DNA of 64,000 nucleotides. It comes from a virus. Shown piece by piece: positions 1 to 10,632 of the stretch. The translations under genes were made by a program, and so were the position numbers. The notes beneath the pieces were generated by a model. That model saw nothing but the letters and a program-made list of their open reading frames with translations. It did no database searches and was not told the DNA's origin. The stretch lies in IMG/VR virus record IMGVR_UViG_3300022225_001767. One strand, written 5' to 3'. Within the stretch, counting starts at the first letter, position 1, and each line of letters opens with the position of its first letter.

Positions 1-109
1 CGGCCACTCTTGCACCATTGAATGCACACTTACGTTTATAATCGTTTACCGCGTGAGGCTTCAAGGTTAATTGGTAGGGCTTGAACATTCACATTCGGAG
101 AACGCTATT

Positions 110-736
110 ATGAGCAACCCATTACGCCACCTTGCCACCGCCATTGTTACTGCTTGTCAAACTAAAGACAACGCAAAACACGTCAAACAGAGCACCGTCC
201 TTGATGTTCTTACTAAGCATGAAGGCTACAGAAGTATACAGGCGCGAGACAACGCAACTGCTACGCGTAACGATGACAAACCACTGCCATCGGACGTTGT
301 CGCATTGCGAGGGCTTCTTTACGCCAACTATCCACATTCTGACTTACTTCCCATAGAACTTGGTGAAGCCATCACATTTAAAGGCTCCCTCGTTTCGCAC
401 CCTGATTGGGGATGCGATGCACCCTTCGCCGTCATGTGGGATTTACTCAGTAATGAACTACATGCAGCGGTCGATGAGCTTGAGCGCTGGAACCGCTTGT
501 GCGACCGCCTTGAAGACGTTATTGAGTCTGGCACTGACGCTATAAACGAAGTGTTGATTGCTTTCCCACCACGTATTGCGCAGTTTCTTCACGCAGAGTT
601 TGATGAAGTGACCGACGACACCATGTTGCCTGTTAAACAGGCTGCGGAGAAATATCGCGCCCTAGAGCGCTTTCAATCTGATGTTGAGAGTGTCACGGAT
701 GCGCTTCGCAATGCCCGTTCGGCACAAGACAGATAA
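110..736 (+). CDS. Hypothetical protein with Glyoxalase_8-like N-terminal helical motif
   Basis: GGAG RBS before ATG 110; VKQSTVLDVLTKHEGYRSIQA. Confidence 0.75.
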   Translation: MSNPLRHLATAIVTACQTKDNAKHVKQSTVLDVLTKHEGYRSIQARDNATATRNDDKPLPSDVVALRGLLYANYPHSDLLPIELGEAITFKGSLVSHPDWGCDAPFAVMWDLLSNELHAAVDELERWNRLCDRLEDVIESGTDAINEVLIAFPPRIAQFLHAEFDEVTDDTMLPVKQAAEKYRALERFQSDVESVTDALRNARSAQDR

Positions 737-822
737 CCATCAATTTGTGGCCTGTGTTTGTTGACACAGGCTGTGTTTGTTGTTAATATAATAACCGTCA
801 ACACAACAACAGGAATGCACAC

Positions 823-1065
823 ATGAAAGTATCTCGTTTACTTGAACTCAACGAAGACCGTCGCATGAAAAAGGCGAAAACGGAAGACTTGCACGGTACG
901 GTAACGGTCTCTGATACGCTCGCTTGCTTGGACACCTATACGTTCATCAGACAAAAAGAAGAAGGCTTCTACTTGCTGAACGTTGACCCCCTCAGCGAAG
1001 AAATCACCAGCATTCTGGTTAAATCAGAGTTCCTCAGTGCAGACGTGCTGGCTATCTTTAAATAG
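823..1065 (+). CDS. Hypothetical protein
   Basis: Follows repeat 761; AGGA RBS. Confidence 0.8.
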   Translation: MKVSRLLELNEDRRMKKAKTEDLHGTVTVSDTLACLDTYTFIRQKEEGFYLLNVDPLSEEITSILVKSEFLSADVLAIFK

Positions 1066-1132
1066 CCACTTCGTTTTACGCTACAGCTAGGCGCTTCGGC
1101 GCCTTCACAGTCTCATTGATAAAGGGAACGCC

Positions 1133-1624
1133 ATGTATAAGCATGTCACCGTTACGCTCATTCGCGCATTTTTTGCCAACGTTAAATCATTAGCTGTATT
1201 GGTTAACCGAGTGCCTGTCTTAACCTCAGATCAAGTGGGGGATGACGAGGTCTTTGAGCGTTTAGCATCGACGCTGATCGCCCGGTTAAAGGAAGCCCAT
1301 AGTCATGTGGACTACGGCATCTACGACGTCATTATGAGTACGACATCAGCAGAAGTGGATTGGGTTAAAACCATCGACTACCTCACAGAGAAGAACATAC
1401 CGCCCACATCGTCTGATACCGCCATGTATGTCAAAGAAGTCACGGTCACCGATCCTGACACGCAACTTCCCGTCGACATCGTTATCTACAAAGACCGTGG
1501 TACTGACGCCATGTTTGGCGTGGACAGCGCATACATATCAAGGCTCGGAGACGATGAAGGCGTGATCAGCCCTGTTAGCGGAAAAGGTGTTATTCTCGTT
1601 GAGCCAGAAGAAACCTCTTCCTAA
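1133..1624 (+). CDS. Hypothetical protein
   Basis: AGGGA RBS; 163 aa. Confidence 0.8.
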   Translation: MYKHVTVTLIRAFFANVKSLAVLVNRVPVLTSDQVGDDEVFERLASTLIARLKEAHSHVDYGIYDVIMSTTSAEVDWVKTIDYLTEKNIPPTSSDTAMYVKEVTVTDPDTQLPVDIVIYKDRGTDAMFGVDSAYISRLGDDEGVISPVSGKGVILVEPEETSS

Positions 1625-1726
1625 CGAGCAGCGACAAGACGAACCAAGCCACCGTCAGCCTTTTTAATTAGACCATGGCGACACAGCACACACTGTGATT
1701 GCCATGACTCCTACGGAGCCTTTGTT

Positions 1727-2197
1727 ATGTATATCACGACTTACGAAACGCGACACTTTGAGTTTATTGCCGTAGGCACCACGCCTGAGAGCGCCAAGAC
1801 TGGACTGGACAGTGCCGTTCAGCGCCACGGTAAGATCTACCCTGACTGCAACGCAGAAGAACTGTTAAACGACATTAGAGATGACGGCGTTAACCTCTAC
1901 TTTATCCCCTGCGGAGAAGGCATCAATATGCTTTCTTCAGACTGCGAGACATTTAACGGCCCGCATAACAATGTCAGCGTTCCGTTAACCATTAACATCT
2001 ATAACGGCATAACGCCAACCAACCCAGCGCCAACGCAACGCTGCATCCCGCTTCATGGTGTTAGCGACATGCTGAGTCATGCGTCCCAATTACTTGCTGC
2101 ACGAAAGGCGTTACGTGAAGGGCGTATAACCGAAGCCGCATTCGATGCACTGTTCGATGAACTTGATGAGTCATTGTCGACATACTTGTCTGAATAA
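1727..2197 (+). CDS. Hypothetical protein
   Basis: GGAG RBS; 156 aa. Confidence 0.8.
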   Translation: MYITTYETRHFEFIAVGTTPESAKTGLDSAVQRHGKIYPDCNAEELLNDIRDDGVNLYFIPCGEGINMLSSDCETFNGPHNNVSVPLTINIYNGITPTNPAPTQRCIPLHGVSDMLSHASQLLAARKALREGRITEAAFDALFDELDESLSTYLSE

Positions 2198-2260
2198 ATT
2201 TTGTTGCACTTTGTCAAATTTATTGATATATTTAAACTGTCAACACAACAGGAGAGAAAC

Positions 2261-2458
2261 ATGCACCTTAGTCAACTTATCGACAACGCTTGCGAGGCTG
2301 TAACCAACATTAACCTTACGCTGCAAAAAAGCAAGATGGCGCTCATGTCAGATGCCTCATTCACACAAGAGCAAAAGCAAGCCATTTTAACAATGCTGGA
2401 GCCAACTGAAAGCGCAATATCACAAGCTACTCAAAGCTTCGTCATTTCGGAAGAGTAA
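2261..2458 (+). CDS. Hypothetical protein
   Basis: Start moved to the ATG after repeat 2204 and AGGAG. Confidence 0.8.
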   Translation: MHLSQLIDNACEAVTNINLTLQKSKMALMSDASFTQEQKQAILTMLEPTESAISQATQSFVISEE

Positions 2459-2552
2459 TCTTTCCTTAATTCACGCGACACACTTGTCGGAAATATTGAC
2501 AACGCTCTCTGACTTTGAGACGCTGACATGGTCAACACAACAGGAGAATGCC

Positions 2553-2789
2553 ATGACGCTTAATGACTTTGTCTTATCTCGCCAACGAGCAATAAGCGCT
2601 AATTTTGCATTACGTAATCGCGCTCCCTACTCCCGACAACGCAATCCTGAAAGGGTGCTTCAATGGCGTGCGCAGCAGCGTGCTACAATACGCCGTTTCA
2701 TCCAGGAAGTCAGGCTTTCGGAAAACAAAGATACCGCTCATATCATGAGTAAGGCCGTCGCCAACTTGGTGACACCTAAGTTTAACTAA
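2553..2789 (+). CDS. Basic hypothetical protein
   Basis: ATG after repeat 2496 and AGGAG. Confidence 0.8.
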   Translation: MTLNDFVLSRQRAISANFALRNRAPYSRQRNPERVLQWRAQQRATIRRFIQEVRLSENKDTAHIMSKAVANLVTPKFN

Positions 2790-2813
2790 TACGAGCAATA
2801 TGTCGGTTTCTTA

Positions 2814-2864
2814 TTGACAACACTCTCAGTTTTTGAGATACTAATCCTGTCAACACAACAGGAG
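2814..2864 (+). promoter_or_regulatory. Type copy of the repeat: sigma70 promoter with shared leader and RBS
   Basis: -35 TTGACA 2814-2819, 17 bp spacer ending TGA (extended -10), -10 GATACT 2837-2842, predicted +1 near G2849 of GTCAACACAAC, AGGAG RBS, ATG 2871. Confidence 0.9.
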
Positions 2865-2870
2865 AGAGAC

Positions 2871-3140
2871 ATGGCTTTATCTGAACAAGCAATGATCAGC
2901 AAAATCAATAAGGCGCTACCAGAAGCGAACGCCGTACCTATGGCTGAATTTTACGGCGACCCGTCACGTAAAGGCATCTGGCTACGAGGCAGCGAAGAGT
3001 TTGCATCAGATGGTTTACCTATCTTTAACGCAGGCACTATCGAGGACGCTCTGCACCCTACACTACAAGCTATCGTCGATGACAATGGCTGGTACGGCGA
3101 ACCCTATGACGGTGGCACGCTAATGCTATACAAGGTGTAG
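2871..3140 (+). CDS. Hypothetical protein
   Basis: After repeat 2814; C-terminal GWYGEPYDGGTLMLY resembles 3778..4062. Confidence 0.85.
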   Translation: MALSEQAMISKINKALPEANAVPMAEFYGDPSRKGIWLRGSEEFASDGLPIFNAGTIEDALHPTLQAIVDDNGWYGEPYDGGTLMLYKV

Positions 3141-3142
3141 CC

Positions 3143-3448
3143 GTGTGCTGGGCCACGCCTTATATCACTAAGTTGCAGCGAGGCGAAACCGTGTCGTTTC
3201 GTCCGCGAGGCAACTCAATGACAGGGCGCATATCGTCAGGACAAAAGGTCACCGTGCGCCCTCTTGGCAGCGACGAGGGCCTTAAAAAACGTGATATTGT
3301 GCTCTGTACGGTATCAGGGGTGCAGTATTTGCACCTTGTCACTGCGGTGCAGCCAGGTCGCGTCCAAATATCCAACAACCACGGCAAGGTTAATGGGTGG
3401 ACACCGATAAAAAATATTTACGGCAAGTGCATCCGCGTAGAACCGTAG
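3143..3448 (+). CDS. S24/S26 peptidase-like protein
   Basis: FRPRGNSM..I.SGQKV.V...DIVL...YLHLV; GxSM serine motif. Confidence 0.65.
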   Translation: MCWATPYITKLQRGETVSFRPRGNSMTGRISSGQKVTVRPLGSDEGLKKRDIVLCTVSGVQYLHLVTAVQPGRVQISNNHGKVNGWTPIKNIYGKCIRVEP

Positions 3449-3482
3449 GTGCACATGTTAAAAACGAGTTGAGGAAATAACG

Positions 3483-3692
3483 ATGGCGAATAAAAGACGC
3501 CCTTACGGGATTTATAAAGGCAACCCTGAACACATCTCGCCCTACGGGCCGGATGTTGCAGACTGCCAAGAGTTTCTTCCTCAGGGAGAACGCATTCGCA
3601 ACAAGAAAGCGAAACGTCGCTACCACAACAAAGTGGCACGAGCGACGGCTAAAAAAGCCATGAACGACGATGTTCGCGATAGCTTTTCTTGA
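3483..3692 (+). CDS. Small basic hypothetical protein
   Basis: GAGGA RBS. Confidence 0.7.
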   Translation: MANKRRPYGIYKGNPEHISPYGPDVADCQEFLPQGERIRNKKAKRRYHNKVARATAKKAMNDDVRDSFS

Positions 3693-3777
3693 TTTTTCTG
3701 GATGTTCTTCACGCGATTATTGACAAAAAACACAGCTTTTGCAATACTCGCTCTGTCAGCACAACAGAGGAAATATT

Positions 3778-4062
3778 ATGGTCTTACGCAACATCCCAAC
3801 GGTCTACATATCCGTACTTGAAAATGGCACTTTCAATATGGTCGACCGTCATGTAAATTTTCGTGTAGGCGACGAGGGGCAACTTTTTTGTTCAGACATC
3901 GACGCCATCAGCTACGATTGCGAAGTCAGAGGCTATCAGTGGATTGCCCCTGCACTTGAACAATGGGCAAAGAAGCAAAAGGGCTACTGGGAATGGGAGA
4001 ATGCGGAAACTATTGTTTTCGTACACGAAAGTGATCAGGTTCGTTTTCGAGCCCCACAATAA
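3778..4062 (+). CDS. Hypothetical protein
   Basis: After repeat 3720; GAGG RBS. Confidence 0.8.
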   Translation: MVLRNIPTVYISVLENGTFNMVDRHVNFRVGDEGQLFCSDIDAISYDCEVRGYQWIAPALEQWAKKQKGYWEWENAETIVFVHESDQVRFRAPQ

Positions 4063-4112
4063 ACAATGAGGGGGGCACCCCTTATTCAATCTATGCAAAA
4101 TAAGGTTTATCT

Positions 4113-4484
4113 ATGAACAACGCATCACAACCACAGGGCGACACCCTTTATCTTAGCCGACAGATTGCCGCACGCCTCACCGATTTCGTCAAGGCAACCA
4201 AATCGCCCATTATTATCACCAACCCGTGGTTGGCTCAGGCGCTGTTTATGCTAAAGCGAACATTGCCGCTTCGTTATGATAACGCGCCATATGCTGATTT
4301 AGAGTACTTGTTTACGCAATACCCTGGCTTCTCTATTGCATTTGTTAACGAAAACATTGCAATTGGATGGGAAGGTTGCAACGACAACCCCTTAATACCC
4401 ATTGACCTTGCGACGTTAGGTAATATGCTTTGCCCTACATCACGGGCGACGCTGCGAAGCATCATTGATTTGGATGAACAATAA
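4113..4484 (+). CDS. Hypothetical protein
   Basis: TAAGG RBS. Confidence 0.75.
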   Translation: MNNASQPQGDTLYLSRQIAARLTDFVKATKSPIIITNPWLAQALFMLKRTLPLRYDNAPYADLEYLFTQYPGFSIAFVNENIAIGWEGCNDNPLIPIDLATLGNMLCPTSRATLRSIIDLDEQ

Positions 4485-4834
4485 TGTCACGACTATCATC
4501 TAAAGCGATAAACGCCTTTCTCAGCGAGAACTTTGGAGGTGAACTCTCTGCTAATGTGGCCGCCAGCACGACATCTGAACTCGTTCAGATCATGACGGAT
4601 GCAGGCATCCCACCCGGCGAACCCGAAAATGACAGCGTGCTTTTAAGCGATATTCGCGATGTCATCGTTGAGCTTGCGGCAGTATACGAGTGTTTGCTTA
4701 ACACGACGAACACGGGCGCGCCACTGGCAATTGACATCCCCTCAATAGAGACACCATTAGGGCAGCGTATCAACGACATCTTACCTCGCCCAGGTGAAAC
4801 CCCTAACATCAACGATAACAAAGGCAGAGATTAA
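4484..4834 (+). CDS. Hypothetical protein
   Basis: TAATG stop/start coupling. Confidence 0.75.
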   Translation: MSRLSSKAINAFLSENFGGELSANVAASTTSELVQIMTDAGIPPGEPENDSVLLSDIRDVIVELAAVYECLLNTTNTGAPLAIDIPSIETPLGQRINDILPRPGETPNINDNKGRD

Positions 4835-4835
4835 C

Positions 4836-5114
4836 ATGGGCCCTTACGACAACGAGACCGGCAAGTACCTCTTTGACAATGATATTATGTCAGCACACTG
4901 GCTTTACCATGATGACAGTGAATCACTGTATATTATCGGGCGTGATGAGCACGGCTTTGAAGGCTATGGCAATGATGATGACATCGAGGCGGCGCTTTTT
5001 GCGCTTACTGACAGCGAGTTAGACAATGACGCGCTCATGGAAAGCAAAGGCTTTACGCTTGTGCCAGACCCGCTACGCCGCTTTGGTGTGAATGAAGGTT
5101 ATTACGCGGCATAA
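4836..5114 (+). CDS. Acidic hypothetical protein
   Basis: ATG directly after the upstream stop; D/E rich. Confidence 0.75.
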   Translation: MGPYDNETGKYLFDNDIMSAHWLYHDDSESLYIIGRDEHGFEGYGNDDDIEAALFALTDSELDNDALMESKGFTLVPDPLRRFGVNEGYYAA

Positions 5115-5203
5115 CGTTGCAAGAGGCGGCCTTTTGCCTAATTTACTTGACAACGCTCACACCATTTGAGATACTTGTCTTGTCAACACAACAGGAGGCC
5201 GTC

Positions 5204-5425
5204 ATGCCGTCAATATGCAAATACTGTAATCAACCCGTTATCCTTTCACCTTCAGCGTCAGAACGCGCAAAGAAGAGTGATAAGCCGGCATCGTATTACA
5301 CTGCGCTTTTTCCCAATCACTCTGAATGTGAAGTGGCTGCGAGAAGTGCAGGCTCTGTTGCGCTAATGCGCAGTATCAAAAAGCAGCGTGCTGCCGAGCG
5401 CGTCACTTATCCACTTGGGCAGTAA
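5204..5425 (+). CDS. Small hypothetical protein with CxxC...HxxC
   Basis: After repeat 5147; AGGAGG RBS. Confidence 0.8.
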   Translation: MPSICKYCNQPVILSPSASERAKKSDKPASYYTALFPNHSECEVAARSAGSVALMRSIKKQRAAERVTYPLGQ

Positions 5426-5450
5426 GCTGCCCTCACAAGGAATCTCAATC

Positions 5451-6071
5451 ATGAACGAAAAACGCTACTTTTACTTTGTCAGCACGCCTGATGCAGCCAA
5501 AGCGATATTGAGTAACTTTGATGCCAACATCGCCCCTAAGCGTGATGAAATTGTGAACTCGCTTTATATCGAAGCCGGTGGTGCCGTCGCGCATACTGAA
5601 GCGTCCAACTGGGGCAGGGCGTCTAGCATTCGCTATTTGGTCTACCCCGTCGCTCACCCAATTGTGTCTGCCTCGCACATTAAAGTCCATGACACCCGTG
5701 AGCATAACGGTGAGAAAGTGGCGATTGTCGGTGGCAAAGGCAATCATAAGCTTGGTAAGGCACTGAACGCCCTTGTTGCCAAAGCCAATGACGCACTGAC
5801 CGAGTATCCGTACCTTAGCGACTGGTTTATTTCTTCTAATAACCTGATGCGAACCATGATTGGCGATCGCGTGCCTAACAGCAGCGCCAGTTCAATGATA
5901 TCGACAAACTTCGGTATTGCCAAAGATGATAATGGCGAGGATGTTGCTGTGCTTCGCGTGCCCAAGTACACCGAGCGCACGGGCGATGCCCCGCCTGTTG
6001 ACGAGCCCGTTGATGTGCCGGAAGGTTTTAGTGAGATCACGTATGGTCAGTTTTTCGACCTCGTCAACTAA
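5451..6071 (+). CDS. Hypothetical protein
   Basis: AAGGA RBS; 206 aa. Confidence 0.8.
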   Translation: MNEKRYFYFVSTPDAAKAILSNFDANIAPKRDEIVNSLYIEAGGAVAHTEASNWGRASSIRYLVYPVAHPIVSASHIKVHDTREHNGEKVAIVGGKGNHKLGKALNALVAKANDALTEYPYLSDWFISSNNLMRTMIGDRVPNSSASSMISTNFGIAKDDNGEDVAVLRVPKYTERTGDAPPVDEPVDVPEGFSEITYGQFFDLVN

Positions 6072-6202
6072 TCCTCACCGCACTCGTGCATCGAACAAAC
6101 AAAGCCATCTTGATTGATGGCTTTGTTTTATTGCATACAAAAGCTTGACAACACTCACCGTTTTTGCGATACTAAACCTGTCAACACAACCGAGGAAAAA
6201 CG

Positions 6203-6709
6203 ATGGAACATCTCAAAACTATTTTTGGCTCAGTTCTACTTTTTGGCGCTATTGCTTATGGCGCATCAGCGTTCCCCGCTAAACAAGACAATACGTTTGG
6301 GCACGTTGAGTTAGGTCAGGCGACCAATGTCCCTAACGTCGTAGATGGCGTGCTGTATCAATCAACACCTGCCATTGCCTTTCCGACCACAACGGACAAG
6401 CGCCTTACGGCGTTCTTACCGACGGGCATTGAAGGCAAGGTCACAGCCGTCAAAGGACAGTCAGGGAAGTATGTGCCGGTCAAGGTTGACTACAACTTAT
6501 CGTATCGTTACGACGATATACAAAGCTGCCAAGATGCCATGCGTCTTATCCGCACGCGTTATGCGTCAATGGGGATTGCAAAGCAATCGCTTGAATTGGA
6601 CGGTTGTACGCAAAGTCTTGATGGTAGAGCGTTCAAAAAACCCATCACCTTAACAGTATCACAGCGTATCCACGACAGTCTTTTTGTCGACATCATCACG
6701 CGCACCTAG
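6203..6709 (+). CDS. Exported hypothetical protein
   Basis: After repeat 6145; signal peptide ending ASA. Confidence 0.8.
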   Translation: MEHLKTIFGSVLLFGAIAYGASAFPAKQDNTFGHVELGQATNVPNVVDGVLYQSTPAIAFPTTTDKRLTAFLPTGIEGKVTAVKGQSGKYVPVKVDYNLSYRYDDIQSCQDAMRLIRTRYASMGIAKQSLELDGCTQSLDGRAFKKPITLTVSQRIHDSLFVDIITRT

Positions 6710-6771
6710 CGTCACGAGGCAGGGCACACGCCCTGCCACTATCAACCAGTATCAAAGAGCGATTTTTTGTT

Positions 6772-6924
6772 ATGAATAACGTTGAACGTGAGCGCCGTGA
6801 GCGCAACTTTCTTGCTGAATGCGGCTTTGATTTAGACAACGGTTACTTTAGTGAAGATGTTGATTTTTGGCGACGCCAAGAACCCTCACTGTACGAATAC
6901 CATATAAAAAACCCCCTTGCTTAG
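6772..6924 (+). CDS. Small hypothetical protein (50 aa)
   Basis: Own translation MNNVERERRERNFLAECGF... Confidence 0.5.
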   Translation: MNNVERERRERNFLAECGFDLDNGYFSEDVDFWRRQEPSLYEYHIKNPLA

Positions 6925-6938
6925 CACGACTGAATTTT

Positions 6939-7196
6939 ATGAACAATCAAGTAGCAAAACTCATATCAGAACTACTGTCATCCACGTTTAAGCGCACAGA
7001 GAAGTGCATTGATGGACACCACGGCAAGGCGCTGATTGATGCATTGAAGGCGCAAGGTGTTCGTTCTGTACGTAACACTGCGGGAGAGCGACGTGACAAT
7101 ATCAATGCAACATTAAATGCCAGGTATGCGACGTTTACAATCACAGAGTCTACTTGTATGGGACCATTCACTGCCATAGTGATGCAGAAACACTAA
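6939..7196 (+). CDS. Hypothetical protein
   Basis: ORF in the gene run; start uncertain. Confidence 0.6.
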   Translation: MNNQVAKLISELLSSTFKRTEKCIDGHHGKALIDALKAQGVRSVRNTAGERRDNINATLNARYATFTITESTCMGPFTAIVMQKH

Positions 7197-7337
7197 CTTA
7201 ACGTGAGCTGCTCAGCGAGGGCAGAGAGTGGACAAAAATCGGCTTCCACTAGAAACGCCAATAGACTCTAGTTTTGTCAATACGGTGTCGCTACCTTTTT
7301 GACAAGATTACCCGTCAAGTTAACCAAGGACACATTC

Positions 7338-7637
7338 ATGAAAAAAGCAAAACCAAGTGGATTTTACGATCTAGAAAACCCAGAGCAGTTTAATGACTTT
7401 CAAAATAGCCTTACCCCATACGCCCAAGATGATGCTATGGGAGGCGTTTACGGGATTGAACTTGGAAAGACAGCAGAAAGAATTGAATTAGATAACCTAT
7501 ATTCACTTTCTCAAATTCAAGAGTCGAAATTTGACTTGATTATTGTTGATTACGGTAATAGCGCAGGTGATGCTTCTAAACTATTTATTAATATCAGCAC
7601 TTTATCTGCTTTCTGGCTAGATGAAAGCCCGCTTTAA
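7338..7637 (+). CDS. Hypothetical protein, AT-rich
   Basis: AAGGA RBS. Confidence 0.7.
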   Translation: MKKAKPSGFYDLENPEQFNDFQNSLTPYAQDDAMGGVYGIELGKTAERIELDNLYSLSQIQESKFDLIIVDYGNSAGDASKLFINISTLSAFWLDESPL

Positions 7638-7704
7638 ATAGTTGAGAGCCTCATTGAGACGCTTTTTCTTTTTTATCAACATAGGCGTACATCAAGGAAA
7701 CAAC

Positions 7705-8133
7705 ATGAATACTGAAACGCAACGCATCATCAACGTAGGCAATTGGACACTTGTTATCAACCAGAATGAAGGACAGAGTGCAGAATCGCCACGCGAAGAC
7801 GTCGTGTCGTGTATCGTGACTCACAACAGCTTCACACCGGTGGTAGACACCGATCAAGATATTGGCGCTGAAGATGAATTGGGCTATCGCCTCACCGCGA
7901 AAGCGATTGAGCGCAAGTATGATGTTGAGGGTGAAGCACGCCTTGACCAAATATGCGAGAACGTTTCCGCGTTTGGCCTTACTTTTTCTATTGTGATAGA
8001 CAGTGATGAACACTTCAATTTATATGTGAAAGCGGTGTGTGAAAAACGAGACGTCAAGCATGTCAGCATCGATGATGGCAATGACGCGGTGCCACCTTGT
8101 GAACTAATGATAGGTGTTGCTTGTTCTCGTTAG
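7705..8133 (+). CDS. Hypothetical protein
   Basis: AAGGA RBS. Confidence 0.75.
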   Translation: MNTETQRIINVGNWTLVINQNEGQSAESPREDVVSCIVTHNSFTPVVDTDQDIGAEDELGYRLTAKAIERKYDVEGEARLDQICENVSAFGLTFSIVIDSDEHFNLYVKAVCEKRDVKHVSIDDGNDAVPPCELMIGVACSR

Positions 8134-8216
8134 CGTTTTAATACGCCATCGCCATTGACAACACACTCACCTTGTGAGATACTCTTTTCTGTCAACACAG
8201 CAAAGGAAAAACACGT

Positions 8217-8987
8217 ATGCATCCCATCTTATCATCACTGTCATTAACTGCGAATGAACGTGGCACAAAAGCTTTTGTGGCCGCATTTTCAGATACACCA
8301 GACGGTATGTCACTTTCAGCATCTGGCACAGTGACAGGCGCGTCTAGCCAAGCCCCAGACAAGCTTACTATGATGGCAGCGCTTCTTTTTTCAGAGGTAG
8401 ATAATGTGGGTGGCTTTTCGATTACCGTAGAGCAGTGGGCCCACGATAACACTTCTGATGATGAAACCACACAGTTGCGTGTATGCGTTGCCGACGATTC
8501 AGGTGACAACACAGCGACATTTACGCTTGGTTTTCGCGACCCCAACAACGAGTTAAACGCATTAAGCCGCATGGTGTCAGTCAGTTCGCTGGCAATGGTT
8601 GAGGCATGGTGTCAATACGTGGTGGATGCGGACATTATTTCACAGGATGTCTACCGCTCAACACTACTGCTTGGGCTTCAAATCCGTGGCCTATGGCGCA
8701 AAGATGATATGCCACTGGCTGAACTGGTGAACGAATGCAAAGATGCCGACCCCGTTTTGTTTCATGCCACTACGGATGAATTGCGAGAGGCCGCTGTCCG
8801 TCGTATGCGCCATGTGCTTGTTACGGATGCGATGCCGAGCTTTGACGTTATGGAGCTTAAGCTTTACGTTGACCGCTGTGAGCAAACGATTAATATGCGT
8901 GACATTAGTTCGCAAAAGAAGCCCTTTTTCCTGTCTGACCGTCGCCAGCACATTGGTAAAAAAGCGCGCCGTATGCATCGCGGCTAG
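8217..8987 (+). CDS. Hypothetical protein
   Basis: After repeat 8155. Confidence 0.85.
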   Translation: MHPILSSLSLTANERGTKAFVAAFSDTPDGMSLSASGTVTGASSQAPDKLTMMAALLFSEVDNVGGFSITVEQWAHDNTSDDETTQLRVCVADDSGDNTATFTLGFRDPNNELNALSRMVSVSSLAMVEAWCQYVVDADIISQDVYRSTLLLGLQIRGLWRKDDMPLAELVNECKDADPVLFHATTDELREAAVRRMRHVLVTDAMPSFDVMELKLYVDRCEQTINMRDISSQKKPFFLSDRRQHIGKKARRMHRG

Positions 8988-9070
8988 TCGTGCGAGGGCG
9001 TTGTTTTCATTGACAACGCCCTCACACCATGAGATACTATTCCTGTCAACACAGCAAAAGGAATACCTCT

Positions 9071-9511
9071 ATGTCTACGACGAAAACAATGGCTTACGCG
9101 GATGCGTTAGCGATAAAAATTCTTGCAGCTAAAGCATTAGGTCAAGAGACCACCTGCCATGACATTGCAACAAAACAATTGCAATGTGAGACGCTGCACC
9201 CTATGGATGGCGCTCGATTAGAACGCGAAGCCACGGCCATTCACAATGCGCTTGCGGCCAACGAAGCCAAGATGAAAGAAGCCAACCTTGTTGCACAGCG
9301 CCTCGCCGTTGAATACGGTTTTGCTCAAGCTTCAACCTCATACTTAATCTCAGATATTGATTATGATGAGGGCCATGATGCATTACCCACCTCACTTACC
9401 ATGACGCTGGATACGCCGTTGGACGGAGAAGCGCTTCAAGAACGTGCCTCCGACTTTATCTCAAACGAAACCGGCTTTTGTCATAACGGCTTTAGCGTTT
9501 CACTGGCATAG
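9071..9511 (+). CDS. Hypothetical protein
   Basis: After repeat 9010. Confidence 0.85.
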   Translation: MSTTKTMAYADALAIKILAAKALGQETTCHDIATKQLQCETLHPMDGARLEREATAIHNALAANEAKMKEANLVAQRLAVEYGFAQASTSYLISDIDYDEGHDALPTSLTMTLDTPLDGEALQERASDFISNETGFCHNGFSVSLA

Positions 9512-9523
9512 GAGGAGTACATT

Positions 9524-9760
9524 ATGTCACCTTTGAATGCATACCTTGACCACCTCAACAAACGTCAAGCTTTCTTTAATGCTAAACCTTACACCTTACC
9601 TGACGACGCGGTGCGTGTATTGCAAACGGTGGAGTGTGATCTCAGCCCTGAAAACCTTCATGCTGACGGTGAACGTTCACGCAGTGATGTCAAAGCACGA
9701 CGCGACTTTTTAGAGCGGGTTAAGCAAGAGATTGACGACATGCTTCAAACGACAGCCTGA
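9524..9760 (+). CDS. Hypothetical protein (LSPENLHADGE)
   Basis: AGGAGG RBS. Confidence 0.8.
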   Translation: MSPLNAYLDHLNKRQAFFNAKPYTLPDDAVRVLQTVECDLSPENLHADGERSRSDVKARRDFLERVKQEIDDMLQTTA

Positions 9761-9861
9761 TTCGAGATTGTCGAACACATCAACACAAAAATGTGATACC
9801 TTCTTTATATCATTTTTATGCCACTGCTGACGGTGGCATTTTCATTTACTGAGGAATAAAT

Positions 9862-10482
9862 ATGGTTAAACTACGCACTGACAACATTAACCCAAAACAT
9901 CTTGCGCACATTGTGTGTGTTGACGCTATGCATTTTGTAAACCGCAGCGAAGATGGTTTTTGCGACTTCACGCTAGAACCAGGCGATATCATCATTGCAC
10001 GCCGCCACGAGCTTGAAAGAGATTATCGCTTCCGTCAAGTTATGCCTATGCTGGTGTTTACGCACAAGGGCAAAATCTGGGCATATCGCCGCACTGAAAA
10101 AGGCGGTGAAAAGGGGCTTCATAACAAGGTTGCTGTGGTGGTGGGCGGTCATTTTGACCTTGGCGACCTAGTGTATGATAAAAGTGTCATTGATCTTGAA
10201 AAGTCACTTGAGAACGCTACTGCGCGTGAAATTGACGAAGAGGTCTTATTGAATGGGGCCAACGTGGTGAGTCAAACCAAGTTGGACAAAGTGATCACTG
10301 CTGATGAGACCGGTGTTGATGCGAAACACGTTGCCTTGGTTACGATGATAGAGCTTGATGCCATGACGGTAGAAAGCAAAGAAGACGAGCTTGAGTCTCT
10401 CGGCTTCTTTTCGCCTGATGAACTGCTCAATGGCGACTATGCCCTCGAAACGTGGGCGACCATGATTTGCAAAATGATGTAA
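9862..10482 (+). CDS. NUDIX-family phosphoesterase (COG4112-like)
   Basis: E..Y.FRQVMP, YRR..KGGE..LH.K..V.VGGH, and Nudix-box-like REIDEE. Confidence 0.8.
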   Translation: MVKLRTDNINPKHLAHIVCVDAMHFVNRSEDGFCDFTLEPGDIIIARRHELERDYRFRQVMPMLVFTHKGKIWAYRRTEKGGEKGLHNKVAVVVGGHFDLGDLVYDKSVIDLEKSLENATAREIDEEVLLNGANVVSQTKLDKVITADETGVDAKHVALVTMIELDAMTVESKEDELESLGFFSPDELLNGDYALETWATMICKMM

Positions 10483-10632
10483 GATAAAAAACGCATCGCT
10501 AAAGTAACGCGGCATAGGTCGCGTTACTATTCTTGATTATTTACAATAATAAAAACCACCTTCACCTCGCCGCACTTGACAAAATTCACACGCTTTGAGA
10601 CACTTATACAGTCAACACAACGGAGAGAACAC

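Noticed and set aside
2814-2853. The repeat as an Frpo-type single-strand promoter
   Set aside because: Folding would pair the -35 with TGTCAA but leave most of the -10 unpaired, and there is no long flanking stem. It reads as a normal dsDNA promoter.
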